This document shows, in pieces, positions 1 through 8,446 of a stretch of 64,000 nt of DNA. Location: positions 1,646-65,645 of the forward strand of contig JBAZGA010000007.1 in assembly GCA_041653115.1 (NCBI GenBank), given 5' to 3'. Every line of letters starts with the position of its first letter. Position 1 is the stretch's first letter. The notes below the pieces were generated by a model, which was not told the DNA's origin, did no database searches, and was given only the letters and a program-made list of their open reading frames with translations. Origin of the DNA: Candidatus Omnitrophota bacterium. GTDB taxonomy: Bacteria; Omnitrophota; Gorgyraeia; Gygaellales; Profunditerraquicolaceae. A program made the position numbers and the translations under genes.

Positions 1-11
1 CACCAATATCA

Positions 12-40
12 TTGACAAGATGTTTAATTTATGATAGATT
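12..40 (+). promoter_or_regulatory. putative sigma70-like promoter (TTGACA-17-TAGATT) upstream of first ORF
   Basis: TTGACA at 12-17, TAGATT at 35-40, followed by AGGAGG RBS and ATG at 65. Confidence 0.3.
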
Positions 41-64
41 AAGCGTCATTAAAGGAGGTGTCAG

Positions 65-532
65 ATGGTTTTAAGAAGAAGCGTAGCAGCAATTATGTTT
101 TTTTCTATAATATTCATCAGCGCAAACAGAGTTTTTAGCCAAGAGGTCATAAAGGGTCCTGCTGAACAGCAGGCTGTTGCCGAGCCGGAAATTCAGTGGC
201 TCTGGGGAGAAGTGCTTTCCCTGGACGCTGGTAATAACGAGATAACTGTCAAGTATTTAGATTATGAGAATGACGTAGAAAGAGAAATAACCATTGCCGT
301 AGATGAAAAGACTACTTATGAAAATATTAAATCTCTGAACGAACTAAAAACCGGGGATAATGCGAGTATTGATTATATAGTCGGCGCAGACGGCAGGAAT
401 ATCGCCAAAAACATCGCCGCAGAGCAAGCCGAAAGCCCGGAAGAAATCCTCCCTTCCGATGTAATGAGCGAAGAGGAGCCTCAGGCGATGCCGGAAGCGG
501 AAATGACGCCGGAAGAGGAAGACAATCCTTAA
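65..532 (+). CDS. secreted hypothetical protein with N-terminal signal peptide and acidic Glu/Pro-rich C-terminus
   Basis: hydrophobic N-terminus, AGGAGG RBS, no recognisable catalytic motif. Confidence 0.5.
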   Translation: MVLRRSVAAIMFFSIIFISANRVFSQEVIKGPAEQQAVAEPEIQWLWGEVLSLDAGNNEITVKYLDYENDVEREITIAVDEKTTYENIKSLNELKTGDNASIDYIVGADGRNIAKNIAAEQAESPEEILPSDVMSEEEPQAMPEAEMTPEEEDNP

Positions 533-594
533 GGAATTATAGAGTTAAATTTTAAAAGACAAAGGCAGGGTTAGCCCCCCTGCCTTATTATTTT

Positions 595-1239
595 ATGAAA
601 ATAGCAGGCATAAAGTTAGTTATCTTCGACTTGGACGGCACATTAATTGACGCCTATCCGGCAATTATCAGCAGCTTTAATTATACGATGCAGAAACTGA
701 ATTATCCCCCGCAGGAGGCCCTGGTTATCCGCCGGGCCGTGGGCTGGGGCGATGAAAATTTACTTAAACCGTTTTTAAGCCCAAAAGACCTTAAAAAAGC
801 GCTTTATCTCTATCGCTCCCACCATCAGCGGGCTTTATTGAAAGGCGCGCACCTCTTCCCTAAAGCAGATGAGGTATTAAACTATCTCTGGCGCAAGGGT
901 TACAAGTTAGCCGTCGCCAGCAACCGGCCGACGAGGTTTTCCTGGATTCTCATCCGCCACTTGAAATTAAAAAAGTATTTTGATTATGTTCTCTGCGGCG
1001 ATACCTTAAAATACGCCAAACCCCACCCGGGGATCCTCAATAAGATTATGCGGAAACTTAAGGCTTTGCCTGAACAGACGCTTTATGTCGGAGATATGGC
1101 AATAGACGCCCAGGCAGGCAGGCGCGCCAAAGTAAGAACTATTATCGTCACTACCGGTTCGAGCAGCCGTGCACAGATACGCAAGGAAAACCCCTGCCGA
1201 ATTATCACCCGGCTCGCCGCTTTATTAAAGATGCTGTAA
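595..1239 (+). CDS. HAD-superfamily hydrolase (phosphoglycolate phosphatase-like)
   Basis: N-terminal DLDGTL HAD motif I, GDxxxD-like motif near C-terminus. Confidence 0.7.
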   Translation: MKIAGIKLVIFDLDGTLIDAYPAIISSFNYTMQKLNYPPQEALVIRRAVGWGDENLLKPFLSPKDLKKALYLYRSHHQRALLKGAHLFPKADEVLNYLWRKGYKLAVASNRPTRFSWILIRHLKLKKYFDYVLCGDTLKYAKPHPGILNKIMRKLKALPEQTLYVGDMAIDAQAGRRAKVRTIIVTTGSSSRAQIRKENPCRIITRLAALLKML

Positions 1240-1299
1240 TTTAGGGGGGTGTTTTTTTGTTTGACCCTTTGCGGATTATATTATAAAATTATAAGTACA

Positions 1300-1944
1300 A
1301 TGAAGAAAAATTTACTGTTAATCAGCTGCATTATTTTGAGCCTCAGCTTAATTGGCTGCGCTTCTTTTCTGCGGCGTACTCCCCGGCAAGATCATGGTGC
1401 CGGCGCCCTTGCCTTACCGCCTTATTCCGGGCCTAAGGCGCGGATTGCGGTAGCTGATTTTGATGTAAAGGCAGCCAAGGCAGTCGGCGCGATCGGTTCA
1501 GGGTTGCGCGAAATGCTGGTAACCGCGCTGATAAATAGCAACCGCTTTTTGGTAGTTGAACGGCAGGCATTAAGCGCGGATTTAATCATTACTGCCGCAG
1601 TTACCGAATTTGAGCCCCAGGCGTCAGGCGGGAGGGTGGGTATCGGTGCAGGCGGCGGCGCTTCCAGCGGCGCTTTAGGCGGCCTCCTGGGCACGGGCTT
1701 AAACAAGGCGCATATAGTTTTGGAGATGCGCATTGTTAACGCCTCCAATTCTGAAGCAGTAGCCGCTACGCATATCCAGGGCCAGGCTGCGGATGCCAAC
1801 GGCACGATTATCGGCGGGAAACTAGGCGCGGGGCTATCCGTTTATGCCAATACGGCTATGGAAAAAGCAATCCGGGTATGTATTATTGAGGCAGTACGTT
1901 ATATTTCGCAGGCTGTGCCGGAAAGTTATTACAAGTATAAGTAA
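1300..1944 (+). CDS. CsgG/HfaB-family lipoprotein (start moved to internal ATG giving MKKNLLLISCIILSLSLIGC lipobox signal)
   Basis: lipobox LIGC; segment LREMLVTALINSNRFLVVERQAL resembles CsgG core; Gly-rich loop. Confidence 0.55.
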   Translation: MKKNLLLISCIILSLSLIGCASFLRRTPRQDHGAGALALPPYSGPKARIAVADFDVKAAKAVGAIGSGLREMLVTALINSNRFLVVERQALSADLIITAAVTEFEPQASGGRVGIGAGGGASSGALGGLLGTGLNKAHIVLEMRIVNASNSEAVAATHIQGQAADANGTIIGGKLGAGLSVYANTAMEKAIRVCIIEAVRYISQAVPESYYKYK

Positions 1945-2025
1945 TATCGGTTATACCTCGTATCTTTTTCTTTGTAAAAAGGGATACTCGGTATAATTTA
2001 CCAAGAACTAAGAGGAGGATAAATT

Positions 2026-2106
2026 ATGGGCAAGAGAAAACGCAGAGGCAAGCTTAACTGGCGTTCTAAAAAGGCCAATAAGGGCAGAAAACCCTGCCTG
2101 GGGTAA
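2026..2106 (+). CDS. possible 26-aa highly basic peptide (MGKRKRRGKLNWRSKKANKGRKPCLG) immediately upstream of STAS-PilZ gene
   Basis: strong SD AAGAGGAGG 7 nt upstream, stop TAA abuts ATG of next gene; below ORF-track size cutoff. Confidence 0.25.
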   Translation: MGKRKRRGKLNWRSKKANKGRKPCLG

Positions 2107-2829
2107 ATGGAAATTAAGGCAAGAACTAAAGGCAATATCGTGATATTGGATTTATCCGGCCGCATTGACGTAGACTCGGCTAATTTGGTGGAAGCGGTGG
2201 GCCAATGCCTGCGCGACGGCTATATAGATATCCTCTGTAATTTTGAGGAAGTGGATTTTATTGATTACCTAGGGGTCTCGGCGATTGCCCTGGCTTACCG
2301 GGAAGTGCTGAATAATCACGGCCGGATGAAATTTGCCAACATCCCGGCGCACCTGAAAAATATTTTTTCGGTTACCGGGCTTGACCGGGTTGTCGAAATT
2401 TATGCTACGACTGACTTGGCTCTAAACGCCTTCAAAGAAGACAAAGTGATAGAGAATATCAAAAAACTACAGCTGAGGCGCAGATTCAAGCGCCTGCCCA
2501 TTGATATTAAGGTGGAATTGAAGGATAAATATGCCCACGCCCCCGCCTGCCTCAAAGTTGACATTTTGAATTTAAGCGCTATCGGAGCCTATATTTACGG
2601 CTGCGACAAATTTAAGCTAGGGGATGAGGTCGTACTTAGGTTCAAACTCCCGCCCAAGCCGGAAGAATTGGAATTCCAGGCGAAAGTTGTCTGGCTGCCG
2701 GATAATCAAATCCAGCAGCACCTGCGCCCGGGGATGGGGGTGGAGTTTTATAACCTTTCTTCTTCTCTGCAGGAAAAACTGCTGGAATTTATCGAAAGAA
2801 ACCTTTCGCGCATGTCCATGGACGAATAG
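2107..2829 (+). CDS. STAS (anti-sigma-factor antagonist) domain fused to C-terminal PilZ (c-di-GMP binding) domain
   Basis: N-terminal SpoIIAA-like fold residues (ILDLSGRIDVDSA, VSAIALAY); C-terminal RRRFKR and NLSAIGA matching PilZ RxxxR and D/NxSxxG motifs. Confidence 0.6.
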   Translation: MEIKARTKGNIVILDLSGRIDVDSANLVEAVGQCLRDGYIDILCNFEEVDFIDYLGVSAIALAYREVLNNHGRMKFANIPAHLKNIFSVTGLDRVVEIYATTDLALNAFKEDKVIENIKKLQLRRRFKRLPIDIKVELKDKYAHAPACLKVDILNLSAIGAYIYGCDKFKLGDEVVLRFKLPPKPEELEFQAKVVWLPDNQIQQHLRPGMGVEFYNLSSSLQEKLLEFIERNLSRMSMDE

Positions 2830-2873
2830 CCGGCAGGCGTAAATATAAAAAACTCTTGACAGATAATTATTTT

Positions 2874-2900
2874 GTGTTACTATTTTTATAAAAGTAACAC
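2874..2900. promoter_or_regulatory. perfect palindrome GTGTTACT-N11-AGTAACAC overlapping the nikR promoter (TTGACA 2866-2871); candidate NikR operator
   Basis: 8-bp inverted arms read directly, AT-rich near-palindromic 11-bp spacer, located between -35 and start of nikR. Confidence 0.5.
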
Positions 2901-2925
2901 AAAGGGAGGAAGCGTGTCTGAAACG

Positions 2926-3333
2926 ATGCGTTTCGGGGTAGCAATGGATAAGCTGCTCCTGGACAAGTTCGATAAATTGATTATGAAGAAAGGTTATGAG
3001 AACCGCTCTGAGGCTATCCGCGATTTGGTGCGCAGCAATCTCATAGAGGAAGAATGGAAGGCCGGTAACCGCCAGACAGTCGGGACGGTAACCATCGTCT
3101 ACAACCACGGTGTCCGCGAACTGAGCGATATCTTGACTGAACTGCAGCACCGCTATCATAGCGAGATAATTTCCTGCATGCATGTGCATCTGGATGAGCA
3201 TAACTGCCTGGAAGTATTGGCGGTAAAAGGCAGGGCCGGTAAAATAAAGGTAATTGCCGATAAGCTCATCGCCACCAAAGGCGTGAAACACGGCAAACTG
3301 GTAATGACGACCCAAGGCAAGGGCTTGACTTAA
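2926..3333 (+). CDS. nikR: nickel-responsive transcriptional regulator NikR (ribbon-helix-helix + C-terminal metal-binding domain)
   Basis: N-terminal [18 protein letters not shown], His/Cys nickel ligands HVHLDEHNC in C-domain; start set to ATG 2926 after SD. Confidence 0.8.
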   Translation: MRFGVAMDKLLLDKFDKLIMKKGYENRSEAIRDLVRSNLIEEEWKAGNRQTVGTVTIVYNHGVRELSDILTELQHRYHSEIISCMHVHLDEHNCLEVLAVKGRAGKIKVIADKLIATKGVKHGKLVMTTQGKGLT

Positions 3334-3409
3334 AAACTATTATTTTTTTTCTTAAGCGTAGCACGAATATTAAAAAAGTAACTAAAACAAAAGGAAAGGG
3401 GGTATATTT

Positions 3410-4771
3410 ATGGCAGGAGTAAAAAAAGCAATATTATTTTGTGCGTTTTTTTCTTTCTTAAGCTGCTCTTATGTCTTTGCCGATGACCTACCCATCAGGG
3501 ATGAGATTAATCAGCTTAAAGTCCGCATTCAAGCCCTGGAGAATAAGCTCGGCGAGCAGGACAAATGCATAAAAGAGCAGAAGCAGTGTATTTTAGAGCA
3601 GGACAGGAAGATTGCTGAATATGAATCAAGGCTTGTTCAGTTTGATACTGATTTGCATCGCCAAACTGGGGTCCCGATTAGTATTGCCGAAGGCTTAGAG
3701 ATTGGAGTAGGCGGCACGATGATCATCCAAGGGACAAATAATACTAATAATGCCACTGCTGACGTGACAAAGAAAGAGGGCCGCACTGATGCCTCTTATT
3801 CAGCGGATATTACTATAGGTAAAGAATTCGAAGAAGCAGGCGGCAGGGCCTTCTTGCATCTTGAAGCAGGCCAGGGCGCAGGCCTTGAGGATGACCTGAC
3901 ACTTTACTCAAATGTCAATCGCGACGCCGATAATGATAATAATGTCCGGCTTACCGAATTTTGGTATGAGCAGGCATTGTTCAAAGATAAAGCTGCTTTG
4001 ACTTTTGGCAAACTTGACCCTACCGCATATTTTGACAATAATGAAGTCGCCAATGACGAAACTACCCAATTCTTAGGCAGGATTTTCCGTAACTCACCCA
4101 GCATTGAATTCCCGGATAACACGGCAGGCATCCGTTTAGCGTATCTGCCGCTGGAGTGGCTGGAATTTGGCTACGGCGTTTTTGACGGAAACAGCGATTG
4201 GGAAAAAATCGGAGATAACTTCTTTAATATCGGGCAGGTTGCCTTTAAGACGAATTTTTTTGAGTTGCCCGGTAATTACCGCTTCCTCGCCTGGAATAAT
4301 AATGCATACCATACTAAGTGGCTGGCTGCGGAGAAAGAGAAAGAAGCTGCCTACGGCTTTGGATTAAGTTTTGACCAGAAAATCAGCGATATTGTAACGC
4401 TCTTTACCCGCTACGGCTGGCAGGACCCCAAAGTCTACAACCCCGAGATTCTGGCAAGCGGAGACCTTAACTATTCGCTTGAGCAGTCATGGAGCGCAGG
4501 TTTACAAGTTGAAGGAAAGCCCTGGGGCAGAGAAAAAGATGTGCTGGCCTTTGCCGTAGGCCAGGTAATTCCTTCGGATGATTACAAGCAGGCGACTGAG
4601 CGCCTGGCAAAGAGAGAAGGCCATCTCGAGCTTTATTACAGGATATTCGTAAACGACCATTTGTCGATCAGCCCGGACTTCCAGTATATCTGGAATCCTT
4701 TCGGAAAAGATGTTGCGGATGACACCAGCGCTATCTTTGTCGGCGGGATGAGGGCGCAGGTAGATTTTTAA
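3410..4771 (+). CDS. outer-membrane porin with signal peptide, N-terminal coiled-coil segment and beta-barrel ending in C-terminal Phe
   Basis: signal peptide, heptad-like QLKVRIQALENKLGEQDK, alternating beta-strand pattern, terminal ...AQVDF. Confidence 0.5.
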   Translation: MAGVKKAILFCAFFSFLSCSYVFADDLPIRDEINQLKVRIQALENKLGEQDKCIKEQKQCILEQDRKIAEYESRLVQFDTDLHRQTGVPISIAEGLEIGVGGTMIIQGTNNTNNATADVTKKEGRTDASYSADITIGKEFEEAGGRAFLHLEAGQGAGLEDDLTLYSNVNRDADNDNNVRLTEFWYEQALFKDKAALTFGKLDPTAYFDNNEVANDETTQFLGRIFRNSPSIEFPDNTAGIRLAYLPLEWLEFGYGVFDGNSDWEKIGDNFFNIGQVAFKTNFFELPGNYRFLAWNNNAYHTKWLAAEKEKEAAYGFGLSFDQKISDIVTLFTRYGWQDPKVYNPEILASGDLNYSLEQSWSAGLQVEGKPWGREKDVLAFAVGQVIPSDDYKQATERLAKREGHLELYYRIFVNDHLSISPDFQYIWNPFGKDVADDTSAIFVGGMRAQVDF

Positions 4772-4784
4772 AAGGAGGGAAATT

Positions 4785-5474
4785 ATGCACATACCCGACG
4801 GTTATTTGGGGCCGGCGACAAGCGGCATAATGTATGCCGTAATGCTGCCGATATGGGCGGCTGCCTCAAAAATTGTAAAAAAGACGCTTAAGGCAAGGCA
4901 GGTTCCTTTATTAGCCATTGGCGCGGCATTCAGTTTTGTGATTATGATGTTCAATGTACCGATCCCCGGAGGGACAACCGGCCATGCCGTAGGCGCGGTA
5001 TTGGCAGCGATATTGCTCGGCCCCTGGGCAGCTTGTATCGCCGTTACCGTGGCCTTGGTAATACAGGCATTATTGTTCGGTGACGGAGGGGTTACGGCAA
5101 TCGGCGCTAATTGTTTCAATATGGCGTTTATTGAAGTATTTACCGGCTATTACCTATATAAGCTTATCAGCGGGGCGTCTCTAATTACTTCAAATAGGCG
5201 GGTAATCGCTGCCGGTGTGGCCGGATATGCAGCTTTGAATATCGCTGCATTATCTACTGCAGTCATGTTCGGCATTCAGCCTTTATTACATAAGACCTCC
5301 AGCGGTCAGGCGCTTTATTGCCCATACGGCTTGAATGTAGCTATACCGGCGATGCTGGGTGAACATCTGCTGATATTCGGCTGGGTTGAAGCAATTATTA
5401 CCGCGCTGGTGGTTAAATACCTGCAAAAGCAAGACCCCTCTCTTCTTGAGGCCGCAGAGGAGGTGTCCCTATGA
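4785..5474 (+). CDS. cbiM: ECF-type cobalt/nickel transporter substrate-capture subunit CbiM/NikM
   Basis: canonical N-terminus MHIPDGYL, multiple TM helices. Confidence 0.85.
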   Translation: MHIPDGYLGPATSGIMYAVMLPIWAAASKIVKKTLKARQVPLLAIGAAFSFVIMMFNVPIPGGTTGHAVGAVLAAILLGPWAACIAVTVALVIQALLFGDGGVTAIGANCFNMAFIEVFTGYYLYKLISGASLITSNRRVIAAGVAGYAALNIAALSTAVMFGIQPLLHKTSSGQALYCPYGLNVAIPAMLGEHLLIFGWVEAIITALVVKYLQKQDPSLLEAAEEVSL

Positions 5475-5803
5475 AGACTACGACTAAACTATGGATAGGA
5501 ATAGGAATTTTAATTTTACTTTCACCTTTAGGAATTTTTCTGCCCGAGCATTTTCAGGCAGGCGATGCCTGGGGCGAATGGGGAGCCGATAGTTTTCAAG
5601 AATTACTCGGATACGTTCCGCAGGGACTTCAGAAGCTCTCCGGCCTCTGGAGCGCGCCTATTCCCGACTATGCCTTTAAGGGGTGGGAAGAAAAAGGATT
5701 CGGCAGCTTAAGTTTCGCCTATATAGCCTCAGCCGTAATCGGTATTCTTATCACTGCCGGCGTAGTGTTATTAATCGGCAAGCTGTTAAGCAAAAAAGAG
5801 TGA
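5471..5803 (+). CDS. small 2-TM membrane component associated with CbiM (CbiN/PDGLE-like)
   Basis: two TM helices flanking a periplasmic loop, overlaps cbiM stop (ATGA). Confidence 0.45.
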   Translation: MKTTTKLWIGIGILILLSPLGIFLPEHFQAGDAWGEWGADSFQELLGYVPQGLQKLSGLWSAPIPDYAFKGWEEKGFGSLSFAYIASAVIGILITAGVVLLIGKLLSKKE

Positions 5804-5827
5804 TTCTGAATAATAGGAAGCATTCAT

Positions 5828-6808
5828 TTGGCAAAAAAGGCAGAGGTTATTATCTTGACCGGTGGCGCCGGTTTTATCGGCAGTTGCTTCCTGTGGAGGC
5901 TTAATCAGGAAGGCATTGAGAATGTAATTGTTGTTGATAATTTGGCTGATACCTGCAAGTGGAAGAATCTTGCCGGTAAAAAATTTATTGATTATATCCG
6001 GAAAGAAGATTTCCTGGATATCCTTGAATCAGGAAAAATCCGTCGCGTTAGAAGGGTTGTCCACCTTGGCGCCTGCAGTTCAACCGTCCTCAACGACGCC
6101 GCCTACTTCCTGAAGAACAATTACGAATACTCTAAACGCCTGGCAGCTTGGGCAGAGCGGCATCGCGTAAAGTTCATTTACGCTTCTTCTGCTGCCACTT
6201 ACGGCGATGGCAATAACGGCTATGACGACGCAGAAAGCAAGCTGCCGGGTCTCAGGCCGCTTAATATTTACGGTTATTCAAAGCACCTCTTTGACCTCTG
6301 GATGTGGAAACGCGGCCTGCTTAAGAAAGCAACCGGTTTTAAATTCTTTAATGTCTTTGGGCCCAATGAATATCATAAGGGCGAAATGATGAGCGTTATT
6401 TGCAGGCATTTCGCCGAGATTAAATCCGGCAAGCCGCTGCGCCTTTTTAAGTCATACCGCCCGGAATATAGAGACGGCGAGCAAAAGCGGGATTTTATCT
6501 ATGTGAAGGACGCCGTGAAGGCAGTAATCTATTTTTTTAACAGGCCTGATAAAGCAGGCCTCTTTAATTTGGGCACGGGAATGGCCCGCAGTTGGAACGA
6601 TTTAGCCAGGGCGGCATTTTCCGCTCTTGACAAAGAGCCGAAAATAGAATATGTTGGAATGCCTGCGGAGATAATGGACAAATACCAGTATTTTACGCAG
6701 GCGCATACCGGGAAATTAAATAATTCCGGCTGCCCTTGTGAATTTATGACTCTGGAAGATTCAGTTAAGGACTATTCAACCTATCTTAAGGCAGGCGGAT
6801 ATTTATAA
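5828..6808 (+). CDS. hldD: ADP-L-glycero-D-manno-heptose-6-epimerase
   Basis: TGGAGFIGS Rossmann motif, YASSAATYGDG, YGYSK active-site region; TTG start with AGGAAG RBS. Confidence 0.85.
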   Translation: MAKKAEVIILTGGAGFIGSCFLWRLNQEGIENVIVVDNLADTCKWKNLAGKKFIDYIRKEDFLDILESGKIRRVRRVVHLGACSSTVLNDAAYFLKNNYEYSKRLAAWAERHRVKFIYASSAATYGDGNNGYDDAESKLPGLRPLNIYGYSKHLFDLWMWKRGLLKKATGFKFFNVFGPNEYHKGEMMSVICRHFAEIKSGKPLRLFKSYRPEYRDGEQKRDFIYVKDAVKAVIYFFNRPDKAGLFNLGTGMARSWNDLARAAFSALDKEPKIEYVGMPAEIMDKYQYFTQAHTGKLNNSGCPCEFMTLEDSVKDYSTYLKAGGYL

Positions 6809-6822
6809 ATAAAGGCGGACTT

Positions 6823-7209
6823 ATGCATGACTTAAAATTTGCCCGGCAGATAATTGCTGCCTTAGAGGAGACATTAAAAAAATGGCCTGTTGCTAAGCCG
6901 GTTATCTCGCTTACCGCGCATGTCAGCCTAAGCCCTTTTAGTCATGTGGGCGCGCAGAGGTTAAAAGAAACTTTTGAGCTATTGGCTGAAGCTGAAGGGT
7001 TTCCTCCGGTTAGGCTTTCCGTGAAGATAAGGGAAATCGAAATATTTTGTCAGCACTGCCGCGGCCGTTCAAAAGTCGTGCAGCCGGCGGTTATTTGCCC
7101 GCGCTGCAGAAGCGAAGATATCCGGGTTTTTTTAAAGGAGGAATTTGTGGTTGATGCGATAGAAATAGAAACTAGCCCCGCGTCATCTCAAGAAAAGGAG
7201 GCGCGATGA
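6823..7209 (+). CDS. hypA: HypA/HybF-like nickel metallochaperone (zinc-ribbon)
   Basis: N-terminus MHDLKFARQIIAAL (MHE-motif family), CxxC...CxxC zinc site near C-terminus. Confidence 0.65.
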   Translation: MHDLKFARQIIAALEETLKKWPVAKPVISLTAHVSLSPFSHVGAQRLKETFELLAEAEGFPPVRLSVKIREIEIFCQHCRGRSKVVQPAVICPRCRSEDIRVFLKEEFVVDAIEIETSPASSQEKEAR

Positions 7210-7562
7210 GAAGGTTTATTCTCTATTTATTCAGGTGGCAATTAAGCACCCCCATCCTTTGGCTTGCGGTGCGTAATATGGGAACCGGCGTCTGGTCGAC
7301 GATTACCGCCAATTTAATCGGAGGGGTAATCTTTTTTTGGGTTGATAAGTTTATCTTCACTGCCAAGGCGGTTGAGGTTTGGCACATCAAAGAGGGCAGG
7401 TGCGATAATTGCGGGGCAACCTCGCATTTATGGAGGCTGGTCAAGACCGCCGGCTATGACCGCAGCAGCGCCCAACCCCTCTTTTTATGCATGAAATGCT
7501 CAAAAGAGAAAACCGAAGCATTAAGGGCAAAGGGGATTCCGGTAAGGGGCAAAAGCAGGTGA
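7206..7562 (+). CDS. small membrane protein (2 TM) with C-terminal CxxC...CxxC zinc-ribbon, unknown function
   Basis: hydrophobic N-terminal half, CDNCG and CMKCS motifs; overlaps hypA stop. Confidence 0.4.
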   Translation: MRRFILYLFRWQLSTPILWLAVRNMGTGVWSTITANLIGGVIFFWVDKFIFTAKAVEVWHIKEGRCDNCGATSHLWRLVKTAGYDRSSAQPLFLCMKCSKEKTEALRAKGIPVRGKSR

Positions 7563-7597
7563 CTGGTTTTATAAATTAGAAAGGAGTTTGTGAGACG

Positions 7598-8440
7598 GTG
7601 CAAAGGAATAATTTCATCGAGCGTTCTCTGGCAGGCGCTCTCTCTTTTTTAAGAGAATCGATTTTTGCCGATGAATACGCGCTGAAAAAAGGCCTGCTGC
7701 AATCTCTGGACAGCCGGGTTAAGGCCGCTACCTTTCTCGTCTTTATTATTCAGGCGCTGTTGATCAAGCAAGCCGTCCTTTTATTCTGCCTTTATGCCTT
7801 TTGTTTATTATTGGCCCGGCTCTCCAATATCCGGCTGGGGTTTTTCCTGCAGCGGACCTGGATATTTATGCCGCTTTTTTCGCTCTTCATCGCCCTGCCG
7901 GCATTGTTCAGCATTTTTACCCCCGGAGAAGCGCTGCTTAGTTTTAAAATCGCAGGAATTCAGCTGATTATTACCCGGCAGGGTTTAGGCGGAGCGTTTT
8001 TGTTTATTATGCGCGTAATCACCTGCGTATCGTTTGTCGTGCTTTTAAGCATTACCACCCGGCATTTTACATTGCTTAAAGTTTTACGTACATTTAAAGT
8101 GCCTCAGGTATTCGTAATGACCGCGGGTATGTCCTACCGTTATATTTATCTTTTTGTCGGAATTATCGAAAATACCTATCTGGCGCTGAAAAGCCGCATC
8201 GGCACCAGAATTCATCGCAGGAAGGGGCAGCACCTGGTGGCCTGGAATATCGCCTATCTTTGGCAGCGCTCTTACCATTTGAATGAGGATGTCTATAAAG
8301 CAATGCTTTCGCGGGGCTACAGCGGAGAGCCGGTAGTGGCGGATGATTTTAAGATTAAAGCCCGAGACCTCTTGTGGATATGCGTGGTTTTTATGGTTTT
8401 TATATCGGTATTATATCTGAATTACCGGATGAAAATATAA
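7598..8440 (+). CDS. cbiQ: ECF transporter transmembrane (T) component CbiQ
   Basis: polytopic membrane protein directly upstream of cbiO; GTG start with AAAGGAG RBS. Confidence 0.65.
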   Translation: MQRNNFIERSLAGALSFLRESIFADEYALKKGLLQSLDSRVKAATFLVFIIQALLIKQAVLLFCLYAFCLLLARLSNIRLGFFLQRTWIFMPLFSLFIALPALFSIFTPGEALLSFKIAGIQLIITRQGLGGAFLFIMRVITCVSFVVLLSITTRHFTLLKVLRTFKVPQVFVMTAGMSYRYIYLFVGIIENTYLALKSRIGTRIHRRKGQHLVAWNIAYLWQRSYHLNEDVYKAMLSRGYSGEPVVADDFKIKARDLLWICVVFMVFISVLYLNYRMKI

Positions 8441-8446
8441 ATCAAT

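Noticed and set aside
1422-1805. 127-aa minus-strand ORF inside the CsgG-like gene
   Set aside because: Antisense shadow of a Gly/Ala-rich coding region. The Pro/Ala-rich translation is characteristic of GC-rich antisense frames.
2617-3315. 232-aa minus-strand ORF spanning the STAS-PilZ 3' end and nikR
   Set aside because: Fully antisense to two well-supported + strand genes (PilZ motifs, NikR RHH). It has no RBS or recognisable motif and is a typical shadow ORF.
5683-5904. 73-aa Arg-rich + strand ORF overlapping cbiN-like 3' end and hldD 5' end
   Set aside because: Alternative frame of two better-supported genes. Arg-rich low-complexity translation.
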